From NCBI GenBank assembly GCA_903839725.1, contig CAIMDG010000001.1:107559-171558 (forward strand): 64,000 nucleotides of DNA, given 5' to 3'. Position 1 is the stretch's first letter. The number at the start of each line of letters is the position of its first letter. This stretch comes from an uncultured bacterium. Its GTDB lineage: Bacteria > Patescibacteriota > Minisyncoccia > Phycocordibacterales > PALSA-1337. Position numbers and translations under genes: made by a program. Shown here piece by piece: positions 37,685 to 48,406 of the stretch. Under the pieces are notes generated by a model that had not been told where the DNA came from, did no database searches, and saw only the letters and a program-made list of their open reading frames with translations.

Positions 37685-38818
37685 TTATTTTTCATGCTCT
37701 AAGGCAATATTGAGTATAGCGTCACCTATAACAGAGGCACTATCGAGTCGAGCAAACTGCTTTGCATGTTCCTTCATGGCTGCCGTGATACTTGCTGAAC
37801 CATGTATACGCTCAATCTCTTCAATGAGAACATGTGAACTGAGGTTGTCTTCTTCGATAACGAGAGCTGCACCTGTCTTTGCATACGCAAAAGCATTTGT
37901 TATTTGATCATGACTTATCGTTGCCGGTAATGGAATGATGATGGATGGTATACCCCATGCAGCAATTTCAAAAATAGTTGAACCTGCACGAGATATCACA
38001 ATGTCGGCAACTCCAGCAGACATGCGCATTGCGAGTGTATCCAAATAATCGAATGGATGATATCGGTATGAAGATGGGTGATCTTTTAGTATAAGGTTTG
38101 AAGTTGATTGTATCTCCTGAATATTTTTCTTACCTGTCTGGTGAATGACTTGATAGCGGTTGAGAAGTTCAGGTAAACTTGTGAGGATAGTGTCATTGAT
38201 CGTCACTGCCCCTTGAGATCCGCCGAGAATGAGAATAACTGGAACATGTTGTTCTAGTTTCAAGAATTCGAAAGCACCATTGGTCATAGGTTGTGCTATT
38301 TCGGAGCGGATCGGATTGCCGGTGTATGCAATTTTATCTTTGTTTACTTTGAAGTACTGTGCAGCTTCAGGGTAAGAGATTGCAATTTTACGTGCAAATT
38401 TTGATGCCCATGCATTGACGCGACCCGGTTTGCTGTCTGATTCATGGATAATAACAGGTATACGAAGAAGTCGTGCTGCAAATAATGCAGGGAAACTCGC
38501 ATATCCACCTTTGCCGAATACTACATCGGGATAAATAGAAAACATTTGTATGGTTGCTGATATCACTCCGTATATAGTCTTGAATATGTCTGTAAAATTC
38601 AATATTGAAAAATAGCGGCGCATCTTCCCTGTCGGAATTGCAACATATTCAATATCATTATCAAATAATGCTCGTGCATTATATTCTGTTGGTGACATGA
38701 AGAAAAACTGTGGAGGGAGAATCTTGGTCTCAGTTACTTTGTGACGAATTGCCTGTGCAATTGCGATGATAGGGTAAAAATGGCCTCCTGTGCCTCCTCC
38801 AGTAAATAGTATTTTCAT
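37685..38818 (-). CDS. murG: Undecaprenyldiphospho-muramoylpentapeptide beta-N-acetylglucosaminyltransferase MurG
   Basis: MKILFTGGGTGGHFYPIIA, GT-B fold length 377 aa. Confidence 0.9.
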   Translation of the reverse strand: MKILFTGGGTGGHFYPIIAIAQAIRHKVTETKILPPQFFFMSPTEYNARALFDNDIEYVAIPTGKMRRYFSILNFTDIFKTIYGVISATIQMFSIYPDVVFGKGGYASFPALFAARLLRIPVIIHESDSKPGRVNAWASKFARKIAISYPEAAQYFKVNKDKIAYTGNPIRSEIAQPMTNGAFEFLKLEQHVPVILILGGSQGAVTINDTILTSLPELLNRYQVIHQTGKKNIQEIQSTSNLILKDHPSSYRYHPFDYLDTLAMRMSAGVADIVISRAGSTIFEIAAWGIPSIIIPLPATISHDQITNAFAYAKTGAALVIEEDNLSSHVLIEEIERIHGSASITAAMKEHAKQFARLDSASVIGDAILNIALEHEK

Positions 38819-38860
38819 GGAGATATTATAATACGAATAGTACGTAAGGAGAATACCCTA

Positions 38861-39958
38861 CTATCTACTATGTTTTGAAATGTTTGCAATAATTCCTGCT
38901 GCCATGAGGGTAATAATAAGTGCAGTTCCCCCGTGTGAGATGAATAGTAGCGGCATACCGGATAGTGGTATGAGTCCGAGCATTGCGGCAATATTCATAA
39001 ATGACTCAGTGATAATCAGAATAGCGATGCCTATGGCAACGAGTGAACCGAAGATATCTGGAGATCTATTACCTATTCGAAATACACTAGTAGCAAAGGC
39101 AAGATATAACAGCAGAAGAAGTAAGGTACCAATAAAACCGAACTCTTCACCTGCAACAGCGAAGATTGAATCATCTGTTGGCTGAGGTAAGTAACCAAAT
39201 TTTTGAATACTCTGACCGAAGCCTCGTCCAGTGATTTGTCCCGAACCTATAGCGATAAGTGACTGATTGATTTGGTATCCAGCACCTTGAGTGTCAGCAG
39301 ATTTGTTAAAAAATGTCTGTACGCGCTTCATGGCATAGGGACGAGTATAGATAACTCCAGCAACAAGAATTGCCATGATACAACCTGCAATAGCCATATG
39401 ACGCAGTGGTACACCGGCAATAATGAGCATAACGAGTCCTGTGCCAGCAATAACGACAAGTGTATCAGTGTCAGACTGAGCCAAAAGTAATAGACTTAAT
39501 ATTGCGACAATAACTAGATATGGCATCAATCCAAATTTAATTGTTTTGATTTTATCTTTTGCAAAATATATCCATGCAGCAAGATATATGATAAACCCAA
39601 TTTTTAGCAATTCAGATGGCTGGAATGAAATCGAACCAATACTGAGCCAACGTGTTGCGCCACCATGAAGATGTGAAAATGCTGGAATGAATAACAGAAG
39701 GTTGATAACAATGGCGCCAATAAAAATAAATAAAGCACTTTTTCTAATCCAGGTGTATGGTAATTTTGAACATACAAAGAACGCAATGATACCAAGTACA
39801 AGACTGATCGCCTGTTTGAGTGCAGTTGCTTCAAAACTGGAATTATTTTGTGCAAGAAGACCAAGTGAAGCTGAAAGGAATATAATAAAACCACCCACAG
39901 TAAGCAGTGATACTGAGATAAGAAAAAAGCGATCTATCTTTTTTGTGTGTGCCCCCAT
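38861..39958 (-). CDS. ftsW: SEDS-family peptidoglycan glycosyltransferase FtsW/RodA
   Basis: 10-TM SEDS protein; adjacent to murG. Confidence 0.8.
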   Translation of the reverse strand: MGAHTKKIDRFFLISVSLLTVGGFIIFLSASLGLLAQNNSSFEATALKQAISLVLGIIAFFVCSKLPYTWIRKSALFIFIGAIVINLLLFIPAFSHLHGGATRWLSIGSISFQPSELLKIGFIIYLAAWIYFAKDKIKTIKFGLMPYLVIVAILSLLLLAQSDTDTLVVIAGTGLVMLIIAGVPLRHMAIAGCIMAILVAGVIYTRPYAMKRVQTFFNKSADTQGAGYQINQSLIAIGSGQITGRGFGQSIQKFGYLPQPTDDSIFAVAGEEFGFIGTLLLLLLYLAFATSVFRIGNRSPDIFGSLVAIGIAILIITESFMNIAAMLGLIPLSGMPLLFISHGGTALIITLMAAGIIANISKHSR

Positions 39959-40647
39959 TACTCTTCTATTGTAGCATCAGGAGCGGTTGTTGTTTCAGTC
40001 TGTGGAACTGTGGATTGCTTGAATGTCTCAATATCTTGTTTGACTTGAGTGTATTCAGGTAAGTCTTCGATCTTGGATATACCGAGATGCGAAAGTAATG
40101 CGAGTGTTGTCTTGTAGAGAAAACTGCGTGCATCTTTTGGATTGTCTATACGCTCTACAAGTCCTCGAATGAGTAGGTTTCTCAAAATGAATTGTGAATT
40201 GACTCCACGAATATAATCTATGTCAGCGCGGGAGATTGGTCCTTGATACAGGACGATCGAAAGTGTTTCAAGTCCTGCTTTTCCGAGATCGCGCGTAAGC
40301 TCTTCTTTGGTAAGTTGTTCTATCAGTGGTGAAAGTTCTTTTGCTGTACCGAGCATAACTTCTTCGTCGGTCTGAACGAGGGTAAGTCCTCTTCCCTTCA
40401 AGTTCTGTTCTAATTCCTGCACACCTGCTTTTACAGTAGGAATGTCTGTATGTAAAAGAGATGCCAGTTTCTTGAATGAGACTGGTTCTGCTTTCCAGAA
40501 GAGGATAGCTTCGAGTTGGGCACTGAGGTTCATGGGGTAATTATAGTGGAAAATGAGGATTGTGTCATGGGCATGTTGGGTAAAAGAAAAGCCCCACCTA
40601 AATGAGCGTGGAAGCTCTTCATGGTGGGACAAGGATTTTGCACTCAC
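39958..40647 (-). CDS. scpB: Segregation and condensation protein B
   Basis: Tandem winged-helix ScpB sequence (LSIVLYQGPISRADIDYIRGVNSQFILRNLLIRGLVERI). Confidence 0.85.
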   Translation of the reverse strand: MSAKSLSHHEELPRSFRWGFSFTQHAHDTILIFHYNYPMNLSAQLEAILFWKAEPVSFKKLASLLHTDIPTVKAGVQELEQNLKGRGLTLVQTDEEVMLGTAKELSPLIEQLTKEELTRDLGKAGLETLSIVLYQGPISRADIDYIRGVNSQFILRNLLIRGLVERIDNPKDARSFLYKTTLALLSHLGISKIEDLPEYTQVKQDIETFKQSTVPQTETTTAPDATIEE

Positions 40648-41150
40648 TTGAACTTAAGGATTGTCGCGTAAGTTGCCGCCATACCCAGTGGGACGATCAG
40701 AAATAACACGAGAGTCTTTAAGTTTTCTGCACTCTCTGCTTTTTCCTTAGTGTCAAGCCCCTTTTTGAAGAATACATCCCTCGGGTGAATACCGAATGCC
40801 CAGAGTAAGAACGTCGCGAACCCGCCCATGCAGGCAACCGCGCAGATGTTCAGGAAGATAAAACCAACGAATCTCGGCCCGTCCGAAATCGGTAGGTCAT
40901 CCGGGTTCTTCATCAAGTTAACCAACGCCTGGGCAAAAAAGATTGCCATGCCCATGAACAGCAATGCAACAAAAGATTTACCAAATGTCGCACTGAGTGA
41001 TTTTTTTGAGTTTGTCGTTTTCATAATTTTGAATTGTGGTGTGAGAGACAACAAAGCTTCATGCCTTGCGATCCCACTTCCACAATCCAATGTATCAATG
41101 ATCTTGTTTGGACTGTAAGTATTATAGCACGTTTGATACCTAATTGTCAA
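40644..41150 (-). CDS. Hypothetical membrane protein inserted between scpA and scpB
   Basis: 168-aa ORF with 3-4 TM helices; overlaps scpB start by 4 nt; real start may be internal MKTTNSKK. Confidence 0.45.
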   Translation of the reverse strand: MTIRYQTCYNTYSPNKIIDTLDCGSGIARHEALLSLTPQFKIMKTTNSKKSLSATFGKSFVALLFMGMAIFFAQALVNLMKNPDDLPISDGPRFVGFIFLNICAVACMGGFATFLLWAFGIHPRDVFFKKGLDTKEKAESAENLKTLVLFLIVPLGMAATYATILKFK

Positions 41151-41217
41151 TGTATAAAAACCCCTTAATTAGAGGTTATATTCAACTTTGAACTTTTCAT
41201 TGTAAACTTATAATTTT

Positions 41218-41964
41218 TTAATACCTCGGAACCCCAACCTCTTTCGTCTCCATCTGAATATCATCAAATGTCTTTTCTTGTGTTACGTGCAATACTCCCT
41301 CTTTGACCAATTCAAGCATAGCGAGAAAACTGACAATCACATTCACACGGTTTTCTTTGTGATCTTTGGTGAACTCTTTGAAACTCATGCGTAAATGACT
41401 GGTGATACGTGTGGTGAGTGTGCCAATCATTTCTTCAAGGCTCATGACTTTCTCGACAACGTGTTTTGGTAAAGTATCTTTCTTTGGTAAACGATTGATT
41501 AAATCTTTGAGTGAGAATAGTGCGCTCTCGAGAGTAAATTTCGGATCGGGTGCAAATACAGGACTAACAGGGCGAGATTGTGATTGCTCGAATATCATTT
41601 CAGCACCAAATAGTTTTTGGATATGTACAGAAGCTTCTTTGACGCGTTTGTATATCTTGAGGCGTGTTTCAAGGTCTTGCATATCCCCTTTTTCTTCCTC
41701 GGTCAGACTCAATTCTGGCAAGAGTGATTTTGATTTGATAAGAAGGAGTGTTGATGCGACGAGAATGAAATGTGCTGATTCATCCATTGGCATATTCTCG
41801 AATTGGCGCACATGAGAAATGAAGTCATCAGTAACTTTGGCAAGTGCAATATCACTGATGAACAGTTTTTTCTTTTCAATAAGGTCGAGCAGGAGGTCGA
41901 GTGGACCTTCGAAAGAGTGAGTTTTAACAGTGAATGGCATGGTGAAGAAACTAGAGCACACCAA
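41218..41964 (-). CDS. scpA: Segregation and condensation protein A
   Basis: FEGPLDLLLDLIEKKKLFISDIALAKVTDDF. Confidence 0.85.
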   Translation of the reverse strand: MVCSSFFTMPFTVKTHSFEGPLDLLLDLIEKKKLFISDIALAKVTDDFISHVRQFENMPMDESAHFILVASTLLLIKSKSLLPELSLTEEEKGDMQDLETRLKIYKRVKEASVHIQKLFGAEMIFEQSQSRPVSPVFAPDPKFTLESALFSLKDLINRLPKKDTLPKHVVEKVMSLEEMIGTLTTRITSHLRMSFKEFTKDHKENRVNVIVSFLAMLELVKEGVLHVTQEKTFDDIQMETKEVGVPRY

Positions 41965-42904
41965 TAGCTTGTTTCGTTGCAGTGAGTTTTTCGTCAGCTA
42001 TCTTTTTTGCCATCTTTGCGCCTTTCGCGAGAATCTTGTGTACCTTCTTGGGACTTTGGGCAAGCTTGGCACGTCTCTCACGCATTGGTTGTATGAAGGC
42101 ATCAATATCCTCGATAAGGGCATCTTTGAGAGCTTTGTATCTACCTTTGTTGGCGTCATAGAGAGGCTTAAGTTCAGCTTCTGTTTTGAAGAGTTTGTGA
42201 ATGGCATATACATTTGCCGGAATATCAGAACCAGAATCAGTCACGATACTCATGACTGCTTTTGTGATTTCTTCGCGTGAAGCAAAGAGTGGGATGATAT
42301 TGTTGTAACTCTTGGACATTTTGCGACCATCTATTCCAGGAATAACTGCAACATCCTTCAGGATCAAATCTTCTGGTAGTTTGAATGTTTCAGTCTTGAA
42401 TACATGGTTGAATTTCTGAGCAATATCACGTGCATATTCAACGTGCTGCTTCTGATCCTGGCCCACTGGAACTACATCGGTGTTGTAAAGTAGAATATCG
42501 GCTGCCATAAGTACTGGATAGTTGAATGTTCCCACATTGATCTCTTTGTCTTTCGCTTCAGCGTCCTTGAATGCATGCGCGCGCATGAGGTATGGCATTG
42601 TTACGAGTGTATCGAATATCCATGCCAACTCAGTGTGTGCAGAAACATCACTTTGCTTGAATAGAACTGACTTCTTTGGATCAAGACCTATGGCGAGATA
42701 GTCGAGCGCTAACTCAAGGGTGAGATTCTTCATCTGCTCTTTGTCTTGAATGAGATTGAGTGCATGATAGTCAGCAATCATAAAATGACATTGATAATTT
42801 CCAGAGTTCTGGAGATCGACGAATTGCTTCATAGCACCAAAATAATTACCAATATGCGCTGTGCCGGTAGGTTTGACGCCTGAAAGTAGGTTTTTCTTTG
42901 ACAT
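41951..42904 (-). CDS. trpS: Tryptophan--tRNA ligase
   Basis: GVKPTGTAHIGNYFGAM HIGH region, KMSKS (GRKMSKSYNN); ORF opens at 43024 but start trimmed to MSKKNLL. Confidence 0.9.
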   Translation of the reverse strand: MSKKNLLSGVKPTGTAHIGNYFGAMKQFVDLQNSGNYQCHFMIADYHALNLIQDKEQMKNLTLELALDYLAIGLDPKKSVLFKQSDVSAHTELAWIFDTLVTMPYLMRAHAFKDAEAKDKEINVGTFNYPVLMAADILLYNTDVVPVGQDQKQHVEYARDIAQKFNHVFKTETFKLPEDLILKDVAVIPGIDGRKMSKSYNNIIPLFASREEITKAVMSIVTDSGSDIPANVYAIHKLFKTEAELKPLYDANKGRYKALKDALIEDIDAFIQPMRERRAKLAQSPKKVHKILAKGAKMAKKIADEKLTATKQAIGVL

Positions 42905-43117
42905 GTGATAATAGTACCAAAAATATAGATGGTATGCTAATCTAGTCACAAATCTATGAAAACAAAGGTACTGCTGATTCCTCGGAATCATATTGTGAAT
43001 AGCGCTCCGTCTGAAGGTCGTCACGAAAAGCGAACTACACTATTTGATAGAAGGAAGGTCATTAGCCACGGCTTCATGAACGACGGCGGTTTTAAGCTCA
43101 TTGCACGTAGAACAGGG

Positions 43118-43150
43118 CGGGTCGTATGACCGCCTTTTTTGTTTGCGTAG
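43118..43150 (+). terminator. Terminator-like hairpin plus T-run in + orientation with no upstream + gene
   Basis: gggcgggtcgtatgaccgccttttttg. Confidence 0.4.
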
Positions 43151-43320
43151 ATATCTATCCCCTATTACATATTGAGTCGCATCTTTCTATTATTTTGTTG
43201 AATTATGTTCTATTTTCATGATTTTCTTACGAATAATTGTTTCGTAAAAGTACTATTGACCTAAATCACATTTTATGTCAATATCATCATCAGACAGTCA
43301 ACCCTGAACCCCTATTTACA

Positions 43321-44241
43321 ATGAAACTAGAACGAATGCTCGAGAAAGCCCGTGCCTTAGCTGGGCCATTTCGCGTCACTGATGGTGAGTCATTTCGCCT
43401 CCGTGACTATAATTCTGACTACACGCTTAACTTCAAGAAGAATGAGCGTAAGAGTGGAAAACGCAAAGCAGCCAAGCTGCTCAAGCTTGCATTACGCATG
43501 ATGCGTGAGCAGCATGAAAAGCTCTACGCTGAAGGCAAACAAGGCCTCGTGATCATTTTCCAGGCCCTCGACGCCGGTGGCAAAGACAGTGCCATCAAGC
43601 ACGTGATGTCCGGCGTGAATCCGCAGGGCTGCCAAGTGCACCCTTTCAAAGCCCCTTCAGCAGAAGAACTTGGCTGGGATTTTCTTCGCCGTTGTGCGAT
43701 GCATTTACCCAAGCGTGGACAAATCGGTATTTTCAACCGGTCTTACTATGAGGAAACCCTCGTAGTCCGTGTCCATCCAGAAATCTTGGCCGGTCAGAAG
43801 TTGCCGGCCTCGGTTATCAGCAACAAGATCTGGAAGCAGCGCTTCCAAGATATTCGCGCTTTTGAACGCTACTTGACTCACCAGGGCTTCACGGTCATCA
43901 AGTTCTTCTTGAACGTTTCAAAGAAGGAACAGAAGCGTCGCTTCCTTGATCGGATCGAAATCCCGAAGAAGAACTGGAAGTTCTCTGCATCTGATATCCA
44001 CGAGCGCTGCTTTTGGAACAAGTATCAGAAGTCCTTCGAGGACATGATCAGACACACGGCTCACAAGCGTGCGCCGTGGTATGTGGTCCCCGCGGATCGC
44101 AAATGGTTCACGCGACTCATTGTCGCTTCAGTGATCATTGATACGCTTCGCCGGATGAATCCGGAATATCCGGAAGTTGATGCCAAAGGACGCAAAGCCC
44201 TCCTCGCTGCATTTCATGGCGATGGACGGAAGAAGAAGTAA
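43321..44241 (+). CDS. ppk2: Polyphosphate kinase 2 family (polyphosphate:nucleotide phosphotransferase)
   Basis: PPK2 motifs FQALDAGGKDSAIKHV (Walker A-like), IFNRSYYEE, lid region; ORF opens at 43237, start MKLERMLEK preferred; high GC. Confidence 0.85.
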   Translation: MKLERMLEKARALAGPFRVTDGESFRLRDYNSDYTLNFKKNERKSGKRKAAKLLKLALRMMREQHEKLYAEGKQGLVIIFQALDAGGKDSAIKHVMSGVNPQGCQVHPFKAPSAEELGWDFLRRCAMHLPKRGQIGIFNRSYYEETLVVRVHPEILAGQKLPASVISNKIWKQRFQDIRAFERYLTHQGFTVIKFFLNVSKKEQKRRFLDRIEIPKKNWKFSASDIHERCFWNKYQKSFEDMIRHTAHKRAPWYVVPADRKWFTRLIVASVIIDTLRRMNPEYPEVDAKGRKALLAAFHGDGRKKK

Positions 44242-44255
44242 AACTTCGCGCAAAC

Positions 44256-44297
44256 AAAAAGGCCGCACCAGCAATGGGGCGGCCTTTCATTCTTTTT
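44256..44297 (+). terminator. Rho-independent terminator after ppk2
   Basis: aaaaaggccgcaccagcaatggggcggcctttcattcttttt. Confidence 0.8.
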
Positions 44298-44342
44298 GAG
44301 TTCGAGGTGAAGCATCCAAGGTCAGGCCTTGTTGATGGCTTT

Positions 44343-45245
44343 TTATATTCCCTCGCCTTTTAATTCCTCAATAAGTTTCTGTGCATTCTTGGAAAGTTTT
44401 CGTGGCATTTCAATATGTGTAACGATAAGCAAATCTCCTCTTTTACCACCAGTACCAAATACACTACCTGTATGTTCGTATGGCACACCTTTTCCCTTTG
44501 CTCGAAGAATCTCACCATGAGATGTTCCTGCGGGAATTTTGAGTTCAATAGTACCATCAAGTGTTTCGACATTCATGACACCGCCAGCGAGAGCTGTGGT
44601 AAGTTTGATAGGTAATTCCATAACCAGATTGAATCCTTCCTTGCGGAATGCTGGATGATCTTTGACCCAGATACGGACAATGAGATCTCCTTTACCACCA
44701 GCACCTTCTTCGCCTTCACCACCAACACGAAGTCCTTGCCCGTTCTCTATTCCTGGAGGAATCTTTACTGCAAGGCGTTTGCCATTCACGAACACTTCTT
44801 TCTCAAGACCAAAGATAGAGTCCTTGAATGAAAGCTCAACATCTACTTGAATATTCCTGCCCTTGCGAGGTCGACGTGCACCTCCGCCGCCAAAGAATTC
44901 ACTGAAAATATCTCCGAGATCAAACTCAACACCACCTTGTCCGAAACCTCCTTGTTGGAATCCTGAGAAATCAAAACCACCAAATCCTTGTCCACCATTG
45001 AATCCTCCTTGACCAGGGTTGAAACCACCACCAGTTGAACCGAAGGTATCATATTGCTTGCGCTTGGTATCATCTGAGAGCACTGAGTATGCTTCACTAG
45101 CTTCTTTGAACTTCTGTTCAGCTCCGGTATTGCCCTTATTCTTGTCAGGATGATGTTCATGTGCGAGTTTACGAAACGCCTTTTTAATCTCATCTGGTGT
45201 GGCGCTTTTGTCGACTCCGAGTATTTTGTAGTAATCTTTGGACAT
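44343..45245 (-). CDS. dnaJ: Chaperone DnaJ (J-domain, G/F region, C-terminal domains; no Cys-rich zinc finger)
   Basis: [11 protein letters not shown]...HPDKN J-domain with HPD, Gly/Phe-rich linker, CTD; no CxxCxGxG repeats; ORF opens at 45416, start trimmed. Confidence 0.85.
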   Translation of the reverse strand: MSKDYYKILGVDKSATPDEIKKAFRKLAHEHHPDKNKGNTGAEQKFKEASEAYSVLSDDTKRKQYDTFGSTGGGFNPGQGGFNGGQGFGGFDFSGFQQGGFGQGGVEFDLGDIFSEFFGGGGARRPRKGRNIQVDVELSFKDSIFGLEKEVFVNGKRLAVKIPPGIENGQGLRVGGEGEEGAGGKGDLIVRIWVKDHPAFRKEGFNLVMELPIKLTTALAGGVMNVETLDGTIELKIPAGTSHGEILRAKGKGVPYEHTGSVFGTGGKRGDLLIVTHIEMPRKLSKNAQKLIEELKGEGI

Positions 45246-45369
45246 GTTGACGGTTAATTTAACACATGGTAAGGTTTTTAACAAATGAAGTGAGTATATT
45301 CTACTTTCTTCCTTCTGTGAATTTTCCAATTTATAGAAGTTCGAACAACAAACAATTGAAATAAAGATT

Positions 45370-45699
45370 ATGAATATTGATAAGATTCTTCCTCCAAAAG
45401 TGTCAAAGGAACTCAAGAAACACGGATTTAAGACTGTTCAAAGTTGTGTTGCCGCTGGAGAGATTGAGTTACTACGAATCAAAGGAATCGGACCGGGCAG
45501 ATTTGAACTGATTGAGGTGGAAGCAATTACGAAGCTCAATTTATCGTCGTGGACCACTGATTGGAAAAAGATTGCTCTGCTCAAATTTCTTCTTGGAAAA
45601 TATGGTCCTACAGGCTCTAGTCGGAAGGCGCGTATTACAGTTTGGGAGGCACGTAAATTTGTATTAATACTCGAATCTGAAGGAAAGCTGAAATACTAA
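45370..45699 (+). CDS. Hypothetical small helix-hairpin-helix protein
   Basis: [15 protein letters not shown] HhH motif; 109 aa. Confidence 0.45.
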   Translation: MNIDKILPPKVSKELKKHGFKTVQSCVAAGEIELLRIKGIGPGRFELIEVEAITKLNLSSWTTDWKKIALLKFLLGKYGPTGSSRKARITVWEARKFVLILESEGKLKY

Positions 45700-45718
45700 T
45701 TTCACATCGCCTGTTCTC

Positions 45719-45776
45719 AAATACCCCCGTTCGTCCCCCCGAGTTATACTCAAAGGGACTATACGGGGGTATTTTA
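45719..45776. terminator. Bidirectional terminator hairpin (12-bp stem, 32-nt loop) between HhH gene and dnaK
   Basis: aaatacccccgt ... acgggggtatttt. Confidence 0.7.
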
Positions 45777-45780
45777 TTAA

Positions 45781-47688
45781 CTACTTCTTCTCCTTAAATT
45801 CCGCATCCTTCACATCCCCTTCCGGTCCGCCAGCTGGCGGATTTTGCTCGCCTTTATTTGCACCAGGAGCACCCGCAGGAGCTTCTTGCTTCATATACTG
45901 ACCAATCTTCTGAATCTCTGTTGAAAGAGCTTCAGAAGCCTTTTTAATAGCTTCTACACTTGGGTTGGCATTGTCCTTTGCAGTCTTCAAATCAGCTATC
46001 TTATCTTCAATAGCCTTTCTCAAATCAGCAGGAACTTTGTCACCAGCATCTTTGAGAGACTTCTCTGATGTGTAGATGAGCTGTTCAGCAATATTCTTTG
46101 CCTCAACAGCCTCGTGCTTCTTTTTATCTTCAGCTTCATGTGCCGCTGCTTCTTGTTTCATCTTTTCAACTTCTTCCTTTGAGAGGCCTGAAGAAGCAGT
46201 GATCTTAATCGAGTTAGCTTTACCAGTTGCTTTATCTTTTGCAGTTACACTGAGGATACCGTTAGCATCAACATCGAATGACACTTCAACTTGTGGCATA
46301 CCGCGAGGTGCTGGTGGAATACCGTCGAGAATGAATCGGCCAAGTGACTTGTTGTCGCCCGCCATTGGTCGTTCACCTTGTGTGATGTGAATTTCTACTG
46401 ATGTCTGATTGTCGGCAGCAGTTGAGAAGGTTTGAGATTTTTGGGTAGGAACAGTGGTGTTCTTTTCGATCAATTTTGTCGCAACACCACCCATAGTTTC
46501 GATTCCGAGAGACAATGGAATAACGTCCAAGAGAAGGACATCTTTCACGTCGCCACCAAGGATTCCTCCTTGAATAGCCGCGCCCACCGCAACCACTTCG
46601 TCAGGATTCACACCCATGTGTAGATCCTTACCGAAGAACTTCTTGACCGCATCCTGGAGGGCTGGCATACGTGTCTGGCCGCCCACCATGACGATTTCAT
46701 TGATATCACCTACCTTGAATGGTGAAGCCTCAATTGCACGCTTAGTGATCGCTATAGCGCGATCTACGAATTCCTGGGTCATCTGTTCGAGCTGTGCACG
46801 AGTAAGAGTGATAAGAAGGTGCTTTGGTCCATCTGCACCTGAGGTGACGAATGGGATATTGATTTCTGTTTGCACTGCAGTTGAAAGCTCAATTTTTGCT
46901 TTTTCTGCTGCTTCATCCAAACGCTGGAGTGCGAGAGCGTCTGTTTTGAGATCGATACCATTTTCTTTCTTGAATGTATCTGCAAGCCAGTTGACGATCT
47001 TTGCATCGATATCACGTCCACCGAGGTGCGAGTCACCGTCTGTAGACTTTACTTCGATCACATCATCACCAACTTCGAGTACTGAGATATCGAATGTACC
47101 TCCACCGAAGTCGAAGACTGCGATCTTCTCGTCTTTCTTCTTACTGAAACCGTATGCGAGAGCTGCTGCTGTAGGTTCGTTGATAATACGCTTCACATCG
47201 AGACCGGCAATCTTTCCAGCATCCTTTGTGGCCTGACGTTGTGAATCGTTGAAGTACGCTGGAACAGTAATGACAGCTTCTGTGATCTTTTCACCGAGAC
47301 GAGCTTCAGCATCATTCTTCAACTTCTGGAGAATCATAGCTGATACTTCTTCTGGGCGGAGCCAGTTGCCGGCAAGGTTCACTTCAATACCTCCATTTGA
47401 TGACTTGCGAACTTCAAAGGAAACGTTCTTGATATCTTTCTGAACAGAAGGTTCATCAAAAGTGTGACCCATGAATCTCTTGATTTGGAAGATTGTGTTT
47501 TTTGGGTTTGTGACTGCTTGACGCTTTGCGAGCAAACCGACAAGTCTTTCGCCTGTTTTTGATTGGGCAACAATCGAAGGTGTTGTACGCTGACCTTCTG
47601 CGTTTTCGAGAACCTTTGGAACACCCGCTTCCATCACTGCGACAGCTGAGAATGTGGTTCCGAGGTCGATTCCGATTATTTTACTCAT
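45781..47688 (-). CDS. dnaK: Chaperone protein DnaK (Hsp70)
   Basis: [26 protein letters not shown], full Hsp70 length 635 aa. Confidence 0.95.
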   Translation of the reverse strand: MSKIIGIDLGTTFSAVAVMEAGVPKVLENAEGQRTTPSIVAQSKTGERLVGLLAKRQAVTNPKNTIFQIKRFMGHTFDEPSVQKDIKNVSFEVRKSSNGGIEVNLAGNWLRPEEVSAMILQKLKNDAEARLGEKITEAVITVPAYFNDSQRQATKDAGKIAGLDVKRIINEPTAAALAYGFSKKKDEKIAVFDFGGGTFDISVLEVGDDVIEVKSTDGDSHLGGRDIDAKIVNWLADTFKKENGIDLKTDALALQRLDEAAEKAKIELSTAVQTEINIPFVTSGADGPKHLLITLTRAQLEQMTQEFVDRAIAITKRAIEASPFKVGDINEIVMVGGQTRMPALQDAVKKFFGKDLHMGVNPDEVVAVGAAIQGGILGGDVKDVLLLDVIPLSLGIETMGGVATKLIEKNTTVPTQKSQTFSTAADNQTSVEIHITQGERPMAGDNKSLGRFILDGIPPAPRGMPQVEVSFDVDANGILSVTAKDKATGKANSIKITASSGLSKEEVEKMKQEAAAHEAEDKKKHEAVEAKNIAEQLIYTSEKSLKDAGDKVPADLRKAIEDKIADLKTAKDNANPSVEAIKKASEALSTEIQKIGQYMKQEAPAGAPGANKGEQNPPAGGPEGDVKDAEFKEKK

Positions 47689-47911
47689 ATGTTATGTGTG
47701 GTTAATTTATGTTTAAGTGTTGATAATGTAATGCGAATCAACTAATAATGCGAATCTACGAATAATGCTTTGTTTTAGGCTTTTACCGATGCGCGAACTC
47801 GGTATTGACAATTAGGTATGAAGGAACGAGAACAAGTAATAAATGATCAATGCTCAATAACACAATATTCAATGGTATGACCCACTTGATAATTGCGTCA
47901 TTGAAAATTGA

Positions 47912-48241
47912 TTATTTACTCGGAGCTCTCGTTGGTTGACTCGTGAAGAAAAAGAGTTCGTTAAAAGGAGAAACGACTGGAGTATACGCAGGAATGTATT
48001 CGGTGACGACGTCATTCTGTGGAACTGAAACAGGAAGACAAACTGCATCTTGAGTATTGAATGAATTCTTTGAAATAGGCTTCGCAGAAACAAGTGTACC
48101 CTTCACTTCCCCGTTTACGAGAGCCACAAAGAAGATAAGCTTGAATTGCTGGCCAGCTTGGTCAGTGAAGACTTTCTCTATAAATCGGCCTCCTTGGTGT
48201 ACCTGAAGAGCCTGATTCTTTGGGGTATATGCAGTAAGCAT
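47912..48241 (-). CDS. Hypothetical protein between dnaK and grpE
   Basis: 109 aa from MLTAYTPKNQ; ORF opens at GTG 48286 but a TTTACA-N16-TATAAT promoter lies inside that extension. Confidence 0.4.
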   Translation of the reverse strand: MLTAYTPKNQALQVHQGGRFIEKVFTDQAGQQFKLIFFVALVNGEVKGTLVSAKPISKNSFNTQDAVCLPVSVPQNDVVTEYIPAYTPVVSPFNELFFFTSQPTRAPSK

Positions 48242-48251
48242 AAGTAGGAAT

Positions 48252-48279
48252 ATTATACCGTCAAAATTTGTTTTGTAAA
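48252..48279 (-). promoter_or_regulatory. Sigma70-like promoter (TTTACA-N16-TATAAT) for the 47912-48241 gene and downstream dnaK
   Basis: minus-sense tttacaaaacaaattttgacggtataat. Confidence 0.5.
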
Positions 48280-48406
48280 TACTCACCTAGGATATGACAT
48301 TGAGTTTAGATTTCGCGTAAAAATTCATCAAAATTTTATTCTATTTTCATCGAATCTTCATTTCGTTTTGATACGATTTGTTGTACGAAAGATACATTCT
48401 TTCGTC

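Noticed and set aside
42905-43024. N-terminal extension of trpS ORF
   Set aside because: TrpRS conserved start MSKK...PTGxxHIGN begins at 42904
42905-43150. T-box riboswitch upstream of trpS
   Set aside because: No AATTAGGGTGGNACCGCG T-box consensus; hairpin plus T-run is in the opposite orientation
45246-45416. N-terminal extension of dnaJ ORF
   Set aside because: J-domain begins at [11 protein letters not shown]; extension overlaps HhH gene start
46076-47236. Plus-strand ORFs (104, 63, 206 aa) inside dnaK
   Set aside because: Antisense to dnaK
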